Shown: positions 1 through 8,484 of the stretch, one piece after another
Layout of the letters: the number at the start of each line of letters is the position of its first letter
Position numbering within the stretch: position 1 is the first letter of the stretch
From: Thermoanaerobaculia bacterium
GTDB taxonomy: Bacteria > Acidobacteriota > Thermoanaerobaculia > UBA5066
DNA: 64,000 nt
Assembly: GCA_963719225.1 (NCBI GenBank)
Contig: CAVRAY010000002.1
Span: forward strand, 768,001-832,000
Reading direction: 5' to 3'
The notes under the pieces: generated by a model
Databases searched by the model: none
The model's input: only the letters and a program-made list of their open reading frames with translations
What the model was told of the DNA's origin: nothing
Translations under genes and position numbers: made by a program

Positions 1-191
1 TCCGGATGGAGGCGCACGAGCGCGGCGCAGTCCTCGCATGCGGCGAGATGCCTGGCGAAGGCCTTGCGTTCGGCGTGCGTGAGATCGCCCGCGGCCCCCC
101 GTGCGAGGACTTCCGAGGACGGGCACTCCGCGTCCGCCGACGTCACGACTGACCGCCAGAGAGCCTCGAGTTCTTCAGGGGGCGGTCCCAT
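1..191 (-). CDS. Zinc-binding (ZAS) anti-sigma factor, N-terminal part (runs off window)
   Basis: My translation from ATG at 191 gives MGPPPEELEALWRS...ECPSSEVLARGAAGDLTHAERKAFARHLAACEDCAALV, with the HxxxCxxC motif. It overlaps the end of the ECF sigma gene. Confidence 0.8.
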   Translation of the reverse strand, partial: MGPPPEELEALWRSVVTSADAECPSSEVLARGAAGDLTHAERKAFARHLAACEDCAALVRLHP

Positions 192-732
192 CGTTCTTGT
201 CCCTCTTGCGGAGCTCGGTCCGCAGGTTATCGAGGCCGCGATACGCGAGGTTGCGCGCCTTCGCGGCGCTCCAGCCCATGATCCGCCCCACCTCGTCGGG
301 CCCGAAGCCGCGCAGGTGAAGCCGGACCGCGGACCTCCTGGGCTCGGGCAGGGAATCGACCGCCCGGCGAAGCGTGGCGGCTCTCTCGCGCCGCAGCGCC
401 TCGGCCTCGGGGCCGGGGTCCTTCGAGGCGTGGATTTTCGGCTCGGCGGCGTCGTCTCCGGACCGTCGCGTCTCCAGCGGTTCCTCCCGGCGGGTTCGGG
501 CCGTCCGGACCGCATCCACGGTCGCGGTGAAGGCCACCCGACAGAGATAGGACGGAGGGTTCGTGATTTCTGTCCCACCTTCGAGCGCTCTCCAGACCCG
601 GATCCGGGCCTCCTGCTCCACGTCGTCCACGAGGACCCCCGCCCGGCCCGGCGCGAGGCGCTCGATGGCGCGCCGCAGGAGGCTTCCGTACTCGTCCAGG
701 AATTCCCGCAGACGCTCGTCGGGTGTCGGCAT
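175..732 (-). CDS. ECF-type RNA polymerase sigma factor
   Basis: 185 aa; region 2 DDVEQEARIRVW, region 4 DSLPEPRRSAVRL...EVGRIMG...ARNLAYRGLDNLR. Confidence 0.9.
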   Translation of the reverse strand: MPTPDERLREFLDEYGSLLRRAIERLAPGRAGVLVDDVEQEARIRVWRALEGGTEITNPPSYLCRVAFTATVDAVRTARTRREEPLETRRSGDDAAEPKIHASKDPGPEAEALRRERAATLRRAVDSLPEPRRSAVRLHLRGFGPDEVGRIMGWSAAKARNLAYRGLDNLRTELRKRDKNDGTAP

Positions 733-745
733 CCCGCCCGCGAGC

Positions 746-2161
746 CTAGTCGGGACTCTTCTCGCCGTCGAGGCCGAGGGCCTTCATCTTGCGGTGGAGC
801 GTCGTGCGGTCGAGGCCGAGGCGCTCGGCCGCACGTGAGACGTTGCCCTTCGTCTCGGCGAGGACGCGCGCGAGGTAGCGCCTCTCGAAACTGTCCCTCG
901 CCTCCGCGAGCGTGAGCGCCCCGGAGACGTCCTCGACCGCCTGCGTCCCGGAGACTGGGCGCGGCGTGCCTTCTTCGCGCGGGAGATCCGCCGCGCGCAC
1001 GCTTGCGCCGGGGGTCATGAGGAGGACGCGCTCGACGAGGTTTCGGAGCTCGCGGACGTTCCCGGGCCAGCGGCGCCTCGCGAGCGCCTCGAGCGCGGCG
1101 GGCTCGAACGTCTTCGCGCGGCGTCCGCGCGTCCGCGCGACGGACCCGGCGAAATGCTTCACGAGGAGCGGAACGTCCTCCGGACGCTCGGCGAGCGCGG
1201 GCACGCGGAGCGGCACGACCGCGAGCCGGAAGTAGAGATCCTCGCGGAACGTTCCCGCGCGGATCATCGCGGGAAGATCGCGGTTCGTCGCCGCCACGAT
1301 CCTCACGTCCGTCGCGACCGTCTTCGTGCCTCCGACGCGCGTGATCTTCCCGTCCTGGATCGCGCGGAGGATCTTCGCCTGCGTGCGGGGCGACATGTCG
1401 CCGATCTCGTCGAGGAAAAGGGTCCCGCCGTCGGCCTGCTCCCATTTGCCCTTGCGGTCCTCGAACGCGCCCGTGAACGAGCCTTTCACGTGGCCGAAGA
1501 GCTCGCTCTCGATGAGCTCCTCGGGAATCGCGGCGCCGTTCACCTCGATGAACGGGCCGGCGGCGCGCGGCGAGGCCCGGTGGAGAGCCCGCGCGACGAG
1601 CTCCTTGCCCGTCCCGCTCTCGCCCGTGATGAGGACGCGGGCGTCCGAGGCGCCCGCGCGCGCGATCTCGGACTTCAGGCCCGTCATCGCGCGGCCCTCT
1701 CCGAGAAGAACCTCTTCCTCGGCGGCGCGCGCGTCGCGGCTTGCGAGCTCGCGCCTCAGGTCGTCGCGCTCGCGCGCGAGCTGGGTCCGCTCGAGCGCCT
1801 TTTCGAGAGTCAGGAGGACGCGTTCGAGCGCGAGAGGCTTCTCGAGGAAGTCGTCCGCGCCGCGCTTGACGGCCGCGACGGCTGTCTCGACGGTCCCGTG
1901 CCCCGAGATCATGAGAATCGGGCCGGAGAAGCCGCCGGCGCGCAGGCGGTCGAGGACGGTCAGGCCGTCCACGTCCGGGAGCCAGACGTCGAGGAAGACG
2001 GCGTCCGGAGGCGTCTCGCCGAGCGCGTGCCGGACGGCCTCCTGACCGAGGCCCGCACCGTCCACCGCATACCCCTCGTCGCCGAGGATCTGGCCGAGCG
2101 TCTGCCTGATCCCGGGCTCGTCGTCGCACACGAGGACGCGTGTCGCGCTCCGGCCGCTCAT
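746..2161 (-). CDS. ntrX: Sigma54-dependent response regulator, NtrX/NtrC family
   Basis: Receiver (VCDDE, LDVWLPD), AAA+ (GESGTGKE, ESELFGHVKGSFTGA, LFLDEIG, WPGNVREL), Fis-type HTH; lies downstream of an ntrY-like kinase. Confidence 0.88.
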   Translation of the reverse strand: MSGRSATRVLVCDDEPGIRQTLGQILGDEGYAVDGAGLGQEAVRHALGETPPDAVFLDVWLPDVDGLTVLDRLRAGGFSGPILMISGHGTVETAVAAVKRGADDFLEKPLALERVLLTLEKALERTQLARERDDLRRELASRDARAAEEEVLLGEGRAMTGLKSEIARAGASDARVLITGESGTGKELVARALHRASPRAAGPFIEVNGAAIPEELIESELFGHVKGSFTGAFEDRKGKWEQADGGTLFLDEIGDMSPRTQAKILRAIQDGKITRVGGTKTVATDVRIVAATNRDLPAMIRAGTFREDLYFRLAVVPLRVPALAERPEDVPLLVKHFAGSVARTRGRRAKTFEPAALEALARRRWPGNVRELRNLVERVLLMTPGASVRAADLPREEGTPRPVSGTQAVEDVSGALTLAEARDSFERRYLARVLAETKGNVSRAAERLGLDRTTLHRKMKALGLDGEKSPD

Positions 2162-2168
2162 GCTTGCT

Positions 2169-4358
2169 TCACGCGGCGGGCCACTCGAGGAGGAATCGGC
2201 ATCCGTGAGGCGCATTCTCCTCTACGCGCACGGTGCCGCCGTGCTCGGCCACGATCCGCGCGACGATCGCGAGGCCGAGCCCGGACCCGCGTCCCTTCGT
2301 CGAATAGTCGGCGTCGAAGATGCGTGCGCGGTCCGCCGGCGCGATTCCGGGCCCGTCGTCCTCGACGCTGAGGACGGCCCGTCCCGCGGCGACCCGCGCG
2401 GCGATGCGCACGTGCCCGCCCTCGCGCGTCGCGGCGACGGCGTTGTCGACGAGGTTGATGAGCGCGCGTCGGAGCTGCGCGGCGTCGGCGTTCGCGAGCG
2501 AGCCGCCGGAGGACTCCTCGGCCGTCACGGCGATCCCCCGCTTGACGCCGTCGTAGAGCTTCGCGACCTGCGCGACGACGGCGCCGAGATCGGTCGGCTC
2601 GAGGACGGCCGCCGGCAGCCGCGCGAACCGTTGGAACGTGTCGACGAGCGCCGCGAGCGCCGTGACTTCCTGGACGATCGTCGTGGCCCCCTCCTCGACG
2701 ACGCGCGGGAGTCCGTCGCCCGAGTCGGGCGACGCCGCGGCGCGGCGGCGCATGCGCTCGGCGGCGAGGCGGATCGGCGTCAGGGGGTTCTTGATCTCGT
2801 GCGCCATGCGGCGCGCGGCCTCCTCCCACGCCGACGCGCGCTCGGCCGCGACGAGGGCCGTCGTGTCCTCGAGCGTCACGATGCAGGGGCCGGCGCGACC
2901 GGTCTCCGGGGAGGGGGCCTGCGCGAGGTGGGCCTCGAGGACGCGGCGGCCGATCTTGAGCGTCTCCTCCCGCGGGCCGGTCCCGCGGGCGCGGTCGAGG
3001 AACTCGCGGAGCGGGGCGAGCGGCTCGGGAGCGAGGAGCTCGTCCACGCGGTCGAAGGTCTCGGGCGCCTCGCGGCCGAGCAGCCGGCGGGCCGTGTCGT
3101 TCAGGAACGCGAGCCGCCCGTCCTCGAAGAAGGCCACGACGCCCGCGTCGAGGCGCTCGAGGATCGACCCGAAGCGGTGTCTCTGCTCGTCGAGCAGACG
3201 GTTCGTCGTCTCGAGCTCCGCGTTCGCCGCGACGAGCTCGGCGCGGCGGCGCCTGAGCTCGGAGGTCATCGCGTTGAAGGCCCGCGAGAGCGCGCCGATC
3301 TCGTCGCCGCCCTCGACCTCGACGAGCGCGTCGAAGTCGCCCGCGCCGACGCGGCGCGCCGACGCCGCGAGCGCCGCGATGGGCCGGGTGACGCGTCGCG
3401 CGAGCAGGAGGCCGACCCAGACGGCGGCGAGCAGGACGAGGAACGCGAGGAGGAGGAAGAGGAGGACCTGGACGGCCTCGAGCGAGGCGCGCTCGGCCCG
3501 CAGCATCGCGTAGGCCGACGTCGCCCGCGAGAGCTGGCGGATCGGCTCGGCGTCGGCGGGCGGCTCGTAGGTCCCGACGATGAGGATCCCGGTCGGGGCC
3601 GCGAAGACCGTGCGCCCGATCTGCCCCCCGTCGCGCGTCGCCTCGATCCGGCGGGACGCGCCGCGCGCCTTCGCGTCCACGATCCATTCGGCCCCGGGGT
3701 CGGTGATTTCCGGCACGGGCCAGCGCGGCGTGCCTACGGCCACGGGCGGGAAACCGGGTCTTCGCCACTCGAGGTAGTCGACGCCGGACTCCTCGCGCGC
3801 CGCCGAGAGGACGGCGACGAGATCCCTGCCGGCAGGGGACGCGAGCCGCGGGAGGAGGCGGTCCGCCGTGCGGCGCTCGAGGGCCGCCGCCCGCGCCCGT
3901 ACGAGGTCCGCGACCTGGCGGCCGGCGCGGATCGTGTTCTCGACGGGCGGCGCGAACCAACGCTCGACGCTCTTCTGGAGGAGGCCCGTCGTCGGGAGGA
4001 TGAGGAGCGAGATCGGGAGGAGCGCGAGCCCGACATACGCCACGACGACGCGCACCCGGAAACGCGAGCCGAAGACGCCGCGCCGCGCCTCGAGGACGAG
4101 CTTGACGCCGTTGCGCACGAGAACGAAGAGGAGCGCGAGGATGAGGACGACGACGATGTAGAAGAGGACGAACAGGAGCACCCGGTTCGTGGCGGCGGCG
4201 GCCGTGAGCTCGCGCGTGCGGAGCACGAGCGCGTAGCCGCCCGCGAGCGCGGCGCCGAACGCGAGCCCGATCGCGAGGAGAATCCGGTTGTCGCGCGTCC
4301 AGCGGTACGGCGGGACGGGCGGGACGGATTCCGTCAGCGGGCGCCGCTCGTCGTCCAT
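2169..4358 (-). CDS. ntrY: NtrY-like membrane sensor histidine kinase (TM, HAMP, PAS, HisKA, HATPase)
   Basis: C-terminal part of ORF 2169..5930 from MDDERR; ARRMAHEIKNPLTPIRL, NLVDNA, DDGPGI, GSGLGL. Confidence 0.88.
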   Translation of the reverse strand: MDDERRPLTESVPPVPPYRWTRDNRILLAIGLAFGAALAGGYALVLRTRELTAAAATNRVLLFVLFYIVVVLILALLFVLVRNGVKLVLEARRGVFGSRFRVRVVVAYVGLALLPISLLILPTTGLLQKSVERWFAPPVENTIRAGRQVADLVRARAAALERRTADRLLPRLASPAGRDLVAVLSAAREESGVDYLEWRRPGFPPVAVGTPRWPVPEITDPGAEWIVDAKARGASRRIEATRDGGQIGRTVFAAPTGILIVGTYEPPADAEPIRQLSRATSAYAMLRAERASLEAVQVLLFLLLAFLVLLAAVWVGLLLARRVTRPIAALAASARRVGAGDFDALVEVEGGDEIGALSRAFNAMTSELRRRRAELVAANAELETTNRLLDEQRHRFGSILERLDAGVVAFFEDGRLAFLNDTARRLLGREAPETFDRVDELLAPEPLAPLREFLDRARGTGPREETLKIGRRVLEAHLAQAPSPETGRAGPCIVTLEDTTALVAAERASAWEEAARRMAHEIKNPLTPIRLAAERMRRRAAASPDSGDGLPRVVEEGATTIVQEVTALAALVDTFQRFARLPAAVLEPTDLGAVVAQVAKLYDGVKRGIAVTAEESSGGSLANADAAQLRRALINLVDNAVAATREGGHVRIAARVAAGRAVLSVEDDGPGIAPADRARIFDADYSTKGRGSGLGLAIVARIVAEHGGTVRVEENAPHGCRFLLEWPAA

Positions 4359-4915
4359 TCGAAGATTCCGGACCGCGCCCAGGCGGTCTCGTCGCTCGTC
4401 GGCACGACCCCGAGGGAGACGCCGCTGCCGTAGCGGCAGCGCAGGCGCACGACGAGCCTCTTGCCGAGGAGGTGGTCCCCCATCGTGAAGACGGGGATGC
4501 CGGGCACCCGCGTGAGGGCTGCCGCTGCTTCGTCCCGGGACGGGAGGATCTGGGTGTCGAGGAGACGCGCGTCGAGACGCCGCTCGACGAGGTAGTCGGA
4601 CGTGTCGGGACGGTAGGTCGCCGTCACGGCGTAGCGCCGCTCGTCCTTGACGGTGTCCCACCAGATGTTCCGGAAGAGGAGAAGCCGGATCGTCCACGTG
4701 ACGGTCGTCGGCAGTCCGGACGCAAGGCGCTGGCGCGCCTGCCCGGGCAGGCCGGGAGCGAGATTCGCCTCGACGTGGAGCTCGCGGCCCGTCACCCAGC
4801 TCGAGACGCCCGGCACGACCGGAGCTTCGGTCTCCGTCTGGGCAGGAGCGGCCGCGCGGAGCGCGAGGAGGGCTCCGATGAGGAGCGACGATCGGCGGTC
4901 CGGGCGCGACGGCAC
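4334..4915 (-). CDS. DUF4390-like exported protein
   Basis: Signal peptide; sits directly upstream of ntrY, the usual position of DUF4390. Confidence 0.65.
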   Translation of the reverse strand: MPSRPDRRSSLLIGALLALRAAAPAQTETEAPVVPGVSSWVTGRELHVEANLAPGLPGQARQRLASGLPTTVTWTIRLLLFRNIWWDTVKDERRYAVTATYRPDTSDYLVERRLDARLLDTQILPSRDEAAAALTRVPGIPVFTMGDHLLGKRLVVRLRCRYGSGVSLGVVPTSDETAWARSGIFEWTTSGAR

Positions 4916-4924
4916 CCCGGAACT

Positions 4925-5797
4925 TTAGCGGTTTGCGTGGAGAGCTGCGGCGTCGCTTCCGCGGCGTGCCGCGAGGGCCTCCTCGCGGAGGCGCGCCGCG
5001 AGGGCGGCGTGCATCGCGTGGCCGGCCTTGTGGGCGACCACGTGGCCCGTGACGGGCCGCCCGACGAGCGCGAGGTCGCCGAGCAGGTCGAGGACCTTGT
5101 GGCGCACGAACTCGTCCGGGAAGCGAAGCGCGCCGTTCTCGACGCGGTCCTCGCCGACGATGATGCAGTTCTCGGCGGAGGCGCCGCGGGCGAGGCCGTG
5201 CTGCTTGAGGTGCTCGTACTCGGAGAGGAACCCGAACGTGCGCGCGGGCGCGACGTGCGTCGCGTACGTCTCGCCCGTGAGGACGACGGTGAGCGACTGG
5301 CGGCCGATCGCGGGGCTCGGGAAGTCGATCGTGTACGTCACGCGAAGGTCGCGCGCGGGCCGGATCTCGAGCTTGCGGCCGCCCGCCGCGGCGACGGACA
5401 CGACGTGCGCGGGCGTGAACGGGTCGCGCAGCGCCGCAAGGGGGGCGAGGCCGGCTTTCGCGAACGCCTCGAGCCACGGCCGGGCGCTTCCGTCGAGGAT
5501 CGGCACCTCCGGCCCGTCGACCTCGACGAGGAGGTTGTCGATCCCGGCCCCGACGACGGCCGAGAGAAGGTGCTCGACCGTGCTCAGGTCGCGCCCGCGC
5601 TCGCCGAGGGTCGTCGCGTGGTCGAACCGGCCAGCGGTCTCGGCAATGGCGGGGACGAAGGCGTCCACGTCCGTGCGCCAGAAGACGATCCCGTGGTCCG
5701 CCCCGGCGGGCCGGAGCACGACGTTCACGTGGCGGCCGCTGTGGAGGCCGATCCCCGAGAGTCGGACCGGCCGGGCAAGCGTCGTCTGTACGAGCAT
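4925..5797 (-). CDS. lpxC: UDP-3-O-acyl-N-acetylglucosamine deacetylase
   Basis: QTTL...GIGLHSG, TVEHLLSA, EVPILDGSA, ARTFGF, DEFVRHKVLDLLGDL, KAGH. Confidence 0.97.
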   Translation of the reverse strand: MLVQTTLARPVRLSGIGLHSGRHVNVVLRPAGADHGIVFWRTDVDAFVPAIAETAGRFDHATTLGERGRDLSTVEHLLSAVVGAGIDNLLVEVDGPEVPILDGSARPWLEAFAKAGLAPLAALRDPFTPAHVVSVAAAGGRKLEIRPARDLRVTYTIDFPSPAIGRQSLTVVLTGETYATHVAPARTFGFLSEYEHLKQHGLARGASAENCIIVGEDRVENGALRFPDEFVRHKVLDLLGDLALVGRPVTGHVVAHKAGHAMHAALAARLREEALAARRGSDAAALHANR

Positions 5798-5809
5798 CGC
5801 GCAAAGGAG

Positions 5810-5825
5810 TGCATGGTGGGTGCCA
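5810..5825 (-). promoter_or_regulatory. Candidate sigma54 -24/-12 promoter for the lpxC-ntrYX operon
   Basis: Minus strand reads TGGCAC-CCACC-ATGCA (GG-N10-GC) immediately upstream of lpxC. Confidence 0.55.
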
Positions 5826-5875
5826 CGCTGAACAGAATGACGAGTCAAGGACTTCCGGGGCTTCGACGCGGCGCA

Positions 5876-5916
5876 GCCTCGGAAGGTGAGGCGAAAATGC
5901 CTCACCATGAGGCGAA
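5876..5916. promoter_or_regulatory. Palindromic/direct-repeat element, candidate enhancer-binding-protein site
   Basis: GGTGAGGC-gaaaat-GCCTCACC inverted repeat (5885-5906); TGCCTCA-cca-TGAGGC (5898-5913); TGAGGCGAA twice, 21 bp apart. Confidence 0.45.
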
Positions 5917-6007
5917 CGCGCAACGGTCATGCGCCCCGCCGATTCGCCTTCCCGGACGTCGTCGCCAACTCCCGACTGCTATTCTCGGATGTCCCCCGGA
6001 GGAACCC

Positions 6008-7741
6008 GTGCTCGCACCCGAGGAAGAAAAGTACTACCAGGACTTCCTCTCCGTGCTCGCCCAGAAGTGGCGGCCGTCGAAGGCGGCGTTCTACACGCTC
6101 GACCCGGGGGGTGCCGTCTTCCGCCTGAAGGCGGCGTTCGGGTTCACCCGCGGAGACCGCCTCGCCGACCGCCTTGGCCGCAACGACCCGCTCGTGAACC
6201 AGATCTACGAGCATCGCGAGCCCACCTTCATCAACAACGTGAACCAGGGTGGGAGGCTCTCGGACGCGATGGTCCAGGCGACGTCGACACGGATGCTCGT
6301 CGCCCCGCTCTACCTCGATGGCCGGATCATGGGCCTCGTCGACGTCCGCGAGAAGGCGGGCCGCGTCGCTTTTTCGCAGGACGACACGCTCGAGATCGCC
6401 GACCTCTTGCGGCACTTCGCGATCGAGATCCGCCGCCTCAACGATGCGATCGCCGGCGGCTCGATCCTCGGCGAGCCGCCTCCCACGATCGAGAGGCCGC
6501 TCGACGGCCCGGGCCCGCCTTCCGCACCCTCTCCGCTCGAGAAGACGTCGGGCTTCACGACCTCCCAGTTCCATACTTCGGGGGTCTACCGGCGCGTCGC
6601 GCCCTCGCCGGTCGCGGCGCCCGAGCAGGCCGAGACGGCCCTGCCTGGTGTCGCGTCGCGGATGATGCGGCTCGTCGAGGAGACGCTCGCGCGGGGCGGA
6701 ACACAGCGCATCGCGGCGCCGCCGGCCGGCACGCTGTCGGCGCGCGAGAGCGAGTTCGTTCAGGTCTACCTTCCGAGCTGCCTGAACTACGACGAGGTCG
6801 AGGTCGCCGCGGTGTCGTCCTTCCTGCCTTCGGGCGGAAGCGTGGCGGTCGCGTCGCGCCGCCCGCTCGACGCGGACGTCGTGCCGGCGCTCCTCGAGAA
6901 CCTCGAGAAGATCTTCGCGAAGACGGCCGTCCCGTTCGGCTTCGCGCACGATCCCGTCGTCCGGGCGCTCGACGCCCCCGGCGAGGGGAGGCCGTTGCGC
7001 CGCGCGGACATCGCCGCGATCCAGTCGTCGGTTCTCGACAGCTCGCCCGAGGGCGTCATCCTGTTCTCGCTCCTCTACCGGCATGGGCCGAATCCCGAAG
7101 CGCGCGAGGCGCTGCGGTCGGCGCACGTCGTCCTGCGCAACGTCCTTGCGGGCGCCCGCGGCGAGACGCGCTTCCGGGAGGCGTATCGCGGGCTCGTGAA
7201 CAAGCTCATCGAGCCCGGCATCCTGAGGCGCACGGCGCTCAAGACGCACTCCTTCAACGTCGGGCGCATGGCCCGCAAGCTCGCCGTGCAGACGGGCGTC
7301 GCGGCGATGGAGGTCGAACAGATCACGGTCGCGGCGATCCTCCACGACATCGGCCTCAGGGAGCTGAACTACGACACGCTCTACGCCAAGCGCACACTCA
7401 CGGACGAGGAGCTGACCCTCCTGAAGACCCACCCGAGGGTCGGGGCGTTCCTCGTCGAGGACATCCCCTGGCCGTACCCGATCGCGCCGCTCATCCGGCA
7501 CCACCACGAGCGCTGGGACGGCGGAGGGTACCCGGACGGCCTGAGGGGCGAGCAGATTCCCCTCGGCTCGCGCATCATCCACCTGTGCGAAGCTTTCGAC
7601 GCGATGACCGCGCCCACGTCCTACCGTGCGGTGCTGTCGGACTACCAGGCGCTCGACATCATCGAATCGAAGGCCGGGACGCAGTTCGACCCCGACCTCG
7701 CGCCGGAATTCAAGCGCATGGTCGAGAGCCCCTCGGACTGA
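6008..7741 (+). CDS. GAF + HD-GYP domain cyclic-dinucleotide phosphodiesterase
   Basis: GTG after GGAGGA; N-terminal GAF (MLVAPLYLDGRIMGLV); HSFNV, LHDIG, HHHERWDGGGYPDGL, IPLGSRII. Confidence 0.85.
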   Translation: MLAPEEEKYYQDFLSVLAQKWRPSKAAFYTLDPGGAVFRLKAAFGFTRGDRLADRLGRNDPLVNQIYEHREPTFINNVNQGGRLSDAMVQATSTRMLVAPLYLDGRIMGLVDVREKAGRVAFSQDDTLEIADLLRHFAIEIRRLNDAIAGGSILGEPPPTIERPLDGPGPPSAPSPLEKTSGFTTSQFHTSGVYRRVAPSPVAAPEQAETALPGVASRMMRLVEETLARGGTQRIAAPPAGTLSARESEFVQVYLPSCLNYDEVEVAAVSSFLPSGGSVAVASRRPLDADVVPALLENLEKIFAKTAVPFGFAHDPVVRALDAPGEGRPLRRADIAAIQSSVLDSSPEGVILFSLLYRHGPNPEAREALRSAHVVLRNVLAGARGETRFREAYRGLVNKLIEPGILRRTALKTHSFNVGRMARKLAVQTGVAAMEVEQITVAAILHDIGLRELNYDTLYAKRTLTDEELTLLKTHPRVGAFLVEDIPWPYPIAPLIRHHHERWDGGGYPDGLRGEQIPLGSRIIHLCEAFDAMTAPTSYRAVLSDYQALDIIESKAGTQFDPDLAPEFKRMVESPSD

Positions 7742-7751
7742 CGGGGCGGCC

Positions 7752-8270
7752 GTGAAGTCGCGGCTCGACCGCGAGGAGCGGAAGAAGGACGCGCGCGCCG
7801 CCGCGAAGAACGCGGGCGTGCGCCCGATCGCGACGAACCGGCGCGCCTTCCACGAGTATTTCATCGAGGAGAAGCTCGAGGCGGGGCTCGCGCTCACGGG
7901 CACCGAGGTGAAGTCCCTGCGCGAGGGAAAGGCGAGCCTGCAGGACGGATACGTCGCCGTCGAGGGCGACGAGGCCTGGCTCTTCAACGTGCACGTGCCG
8001 CCGTACACGGCCGGGAGCTACAACAACGTCGACGCGAAGCGGAAGCGGAAGCTTCTCCTGCACAAGCGCGAGATCCTGCGCCTCGCCTCGAAGATCCAGA
8101 GATCGGGCGCGACGTGCGTCCCGCTCACGATGTACTTCAAGGGGGCGCGCGTGAAGGTCGAGATCGCGCTCGTGACGGGCAAGAAGCTCCACGACAAGCG
8201 CGAGACGATCCGGCGCCGCGAAGCGGACCGCGAGGCGCGCGCGGCGATGAAGGACTCCCGGCGGCGATGA
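7752..8270 (+). CDS. smpB: SsrA-binding protein
   Basis: IATNRRAFHEYFIEEKLEAGLALTGTEVKSLR, RKRKLLLHKREI, GKKLHDKR. Confidence 0.97.
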   Translation: MKSRLDREERKKDARAAAKNAGVRPIATNRRAFHEYFIEEKLEAGLALTGTEVKSLREGKASLQDGYVAVEGDEAWLFNVHVPPYTAGSYNNVDAKRKRKLLLHKREILRLASKIQRSGATCVPLTMYFKGARVKVEIALVTGKKLHDKRETIRRREADREARAAMKDSRRR

Positions 8271-8484
8271 CGGGCGGACCTCGAAGGCCCGGGGAAATTC
8301 GACGCCCGATCGCCTCCGGAACGACCGTTTTTTGACGGACTCGATGCCCGAGGGGCCCTCCAGGCGCGCCATCTGGTGAGTCACATCACCGAAGAGCGTG
8401 GATTTCCGTGGGTCCGTATCACTTCCCGGCGACGATCGAGAGTCGGCATGGGTCCCGCAAAGGGACGGGGGAGCGAGGGGACAC

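Noticed and set aside
2160-4433. Long opposite-strand and alternative-frame ORFs (e.g. 2160..4433, 5927..8008, 14910..17006)
   Set aside because: Shadow ORFs of high-GC coding DNA, Arg/Ala-rich and without motifs
2169-5930. 1253-aa giant kinase and other long ORF-track fusions (4472..7741, 13683..16919, 53089..56193)
   Set aside because: Their N-terminal parts are off-frame read-through over other genes; the real starts are internal
5830-6007. c-di-GMP riboswitch upstream of the HD-GYP gene
   Set aside because: Hairpins are present but no class I or II consensus was recognised; a protein-binding site fits better
8270-8484. tmRNA (ssrA) after smpB, prompted by GGGGAAATTCGAC
   Set aside because: The gap is only ~215 bp, and there is no T-arm/CCA 3' end or recognisable tag frame
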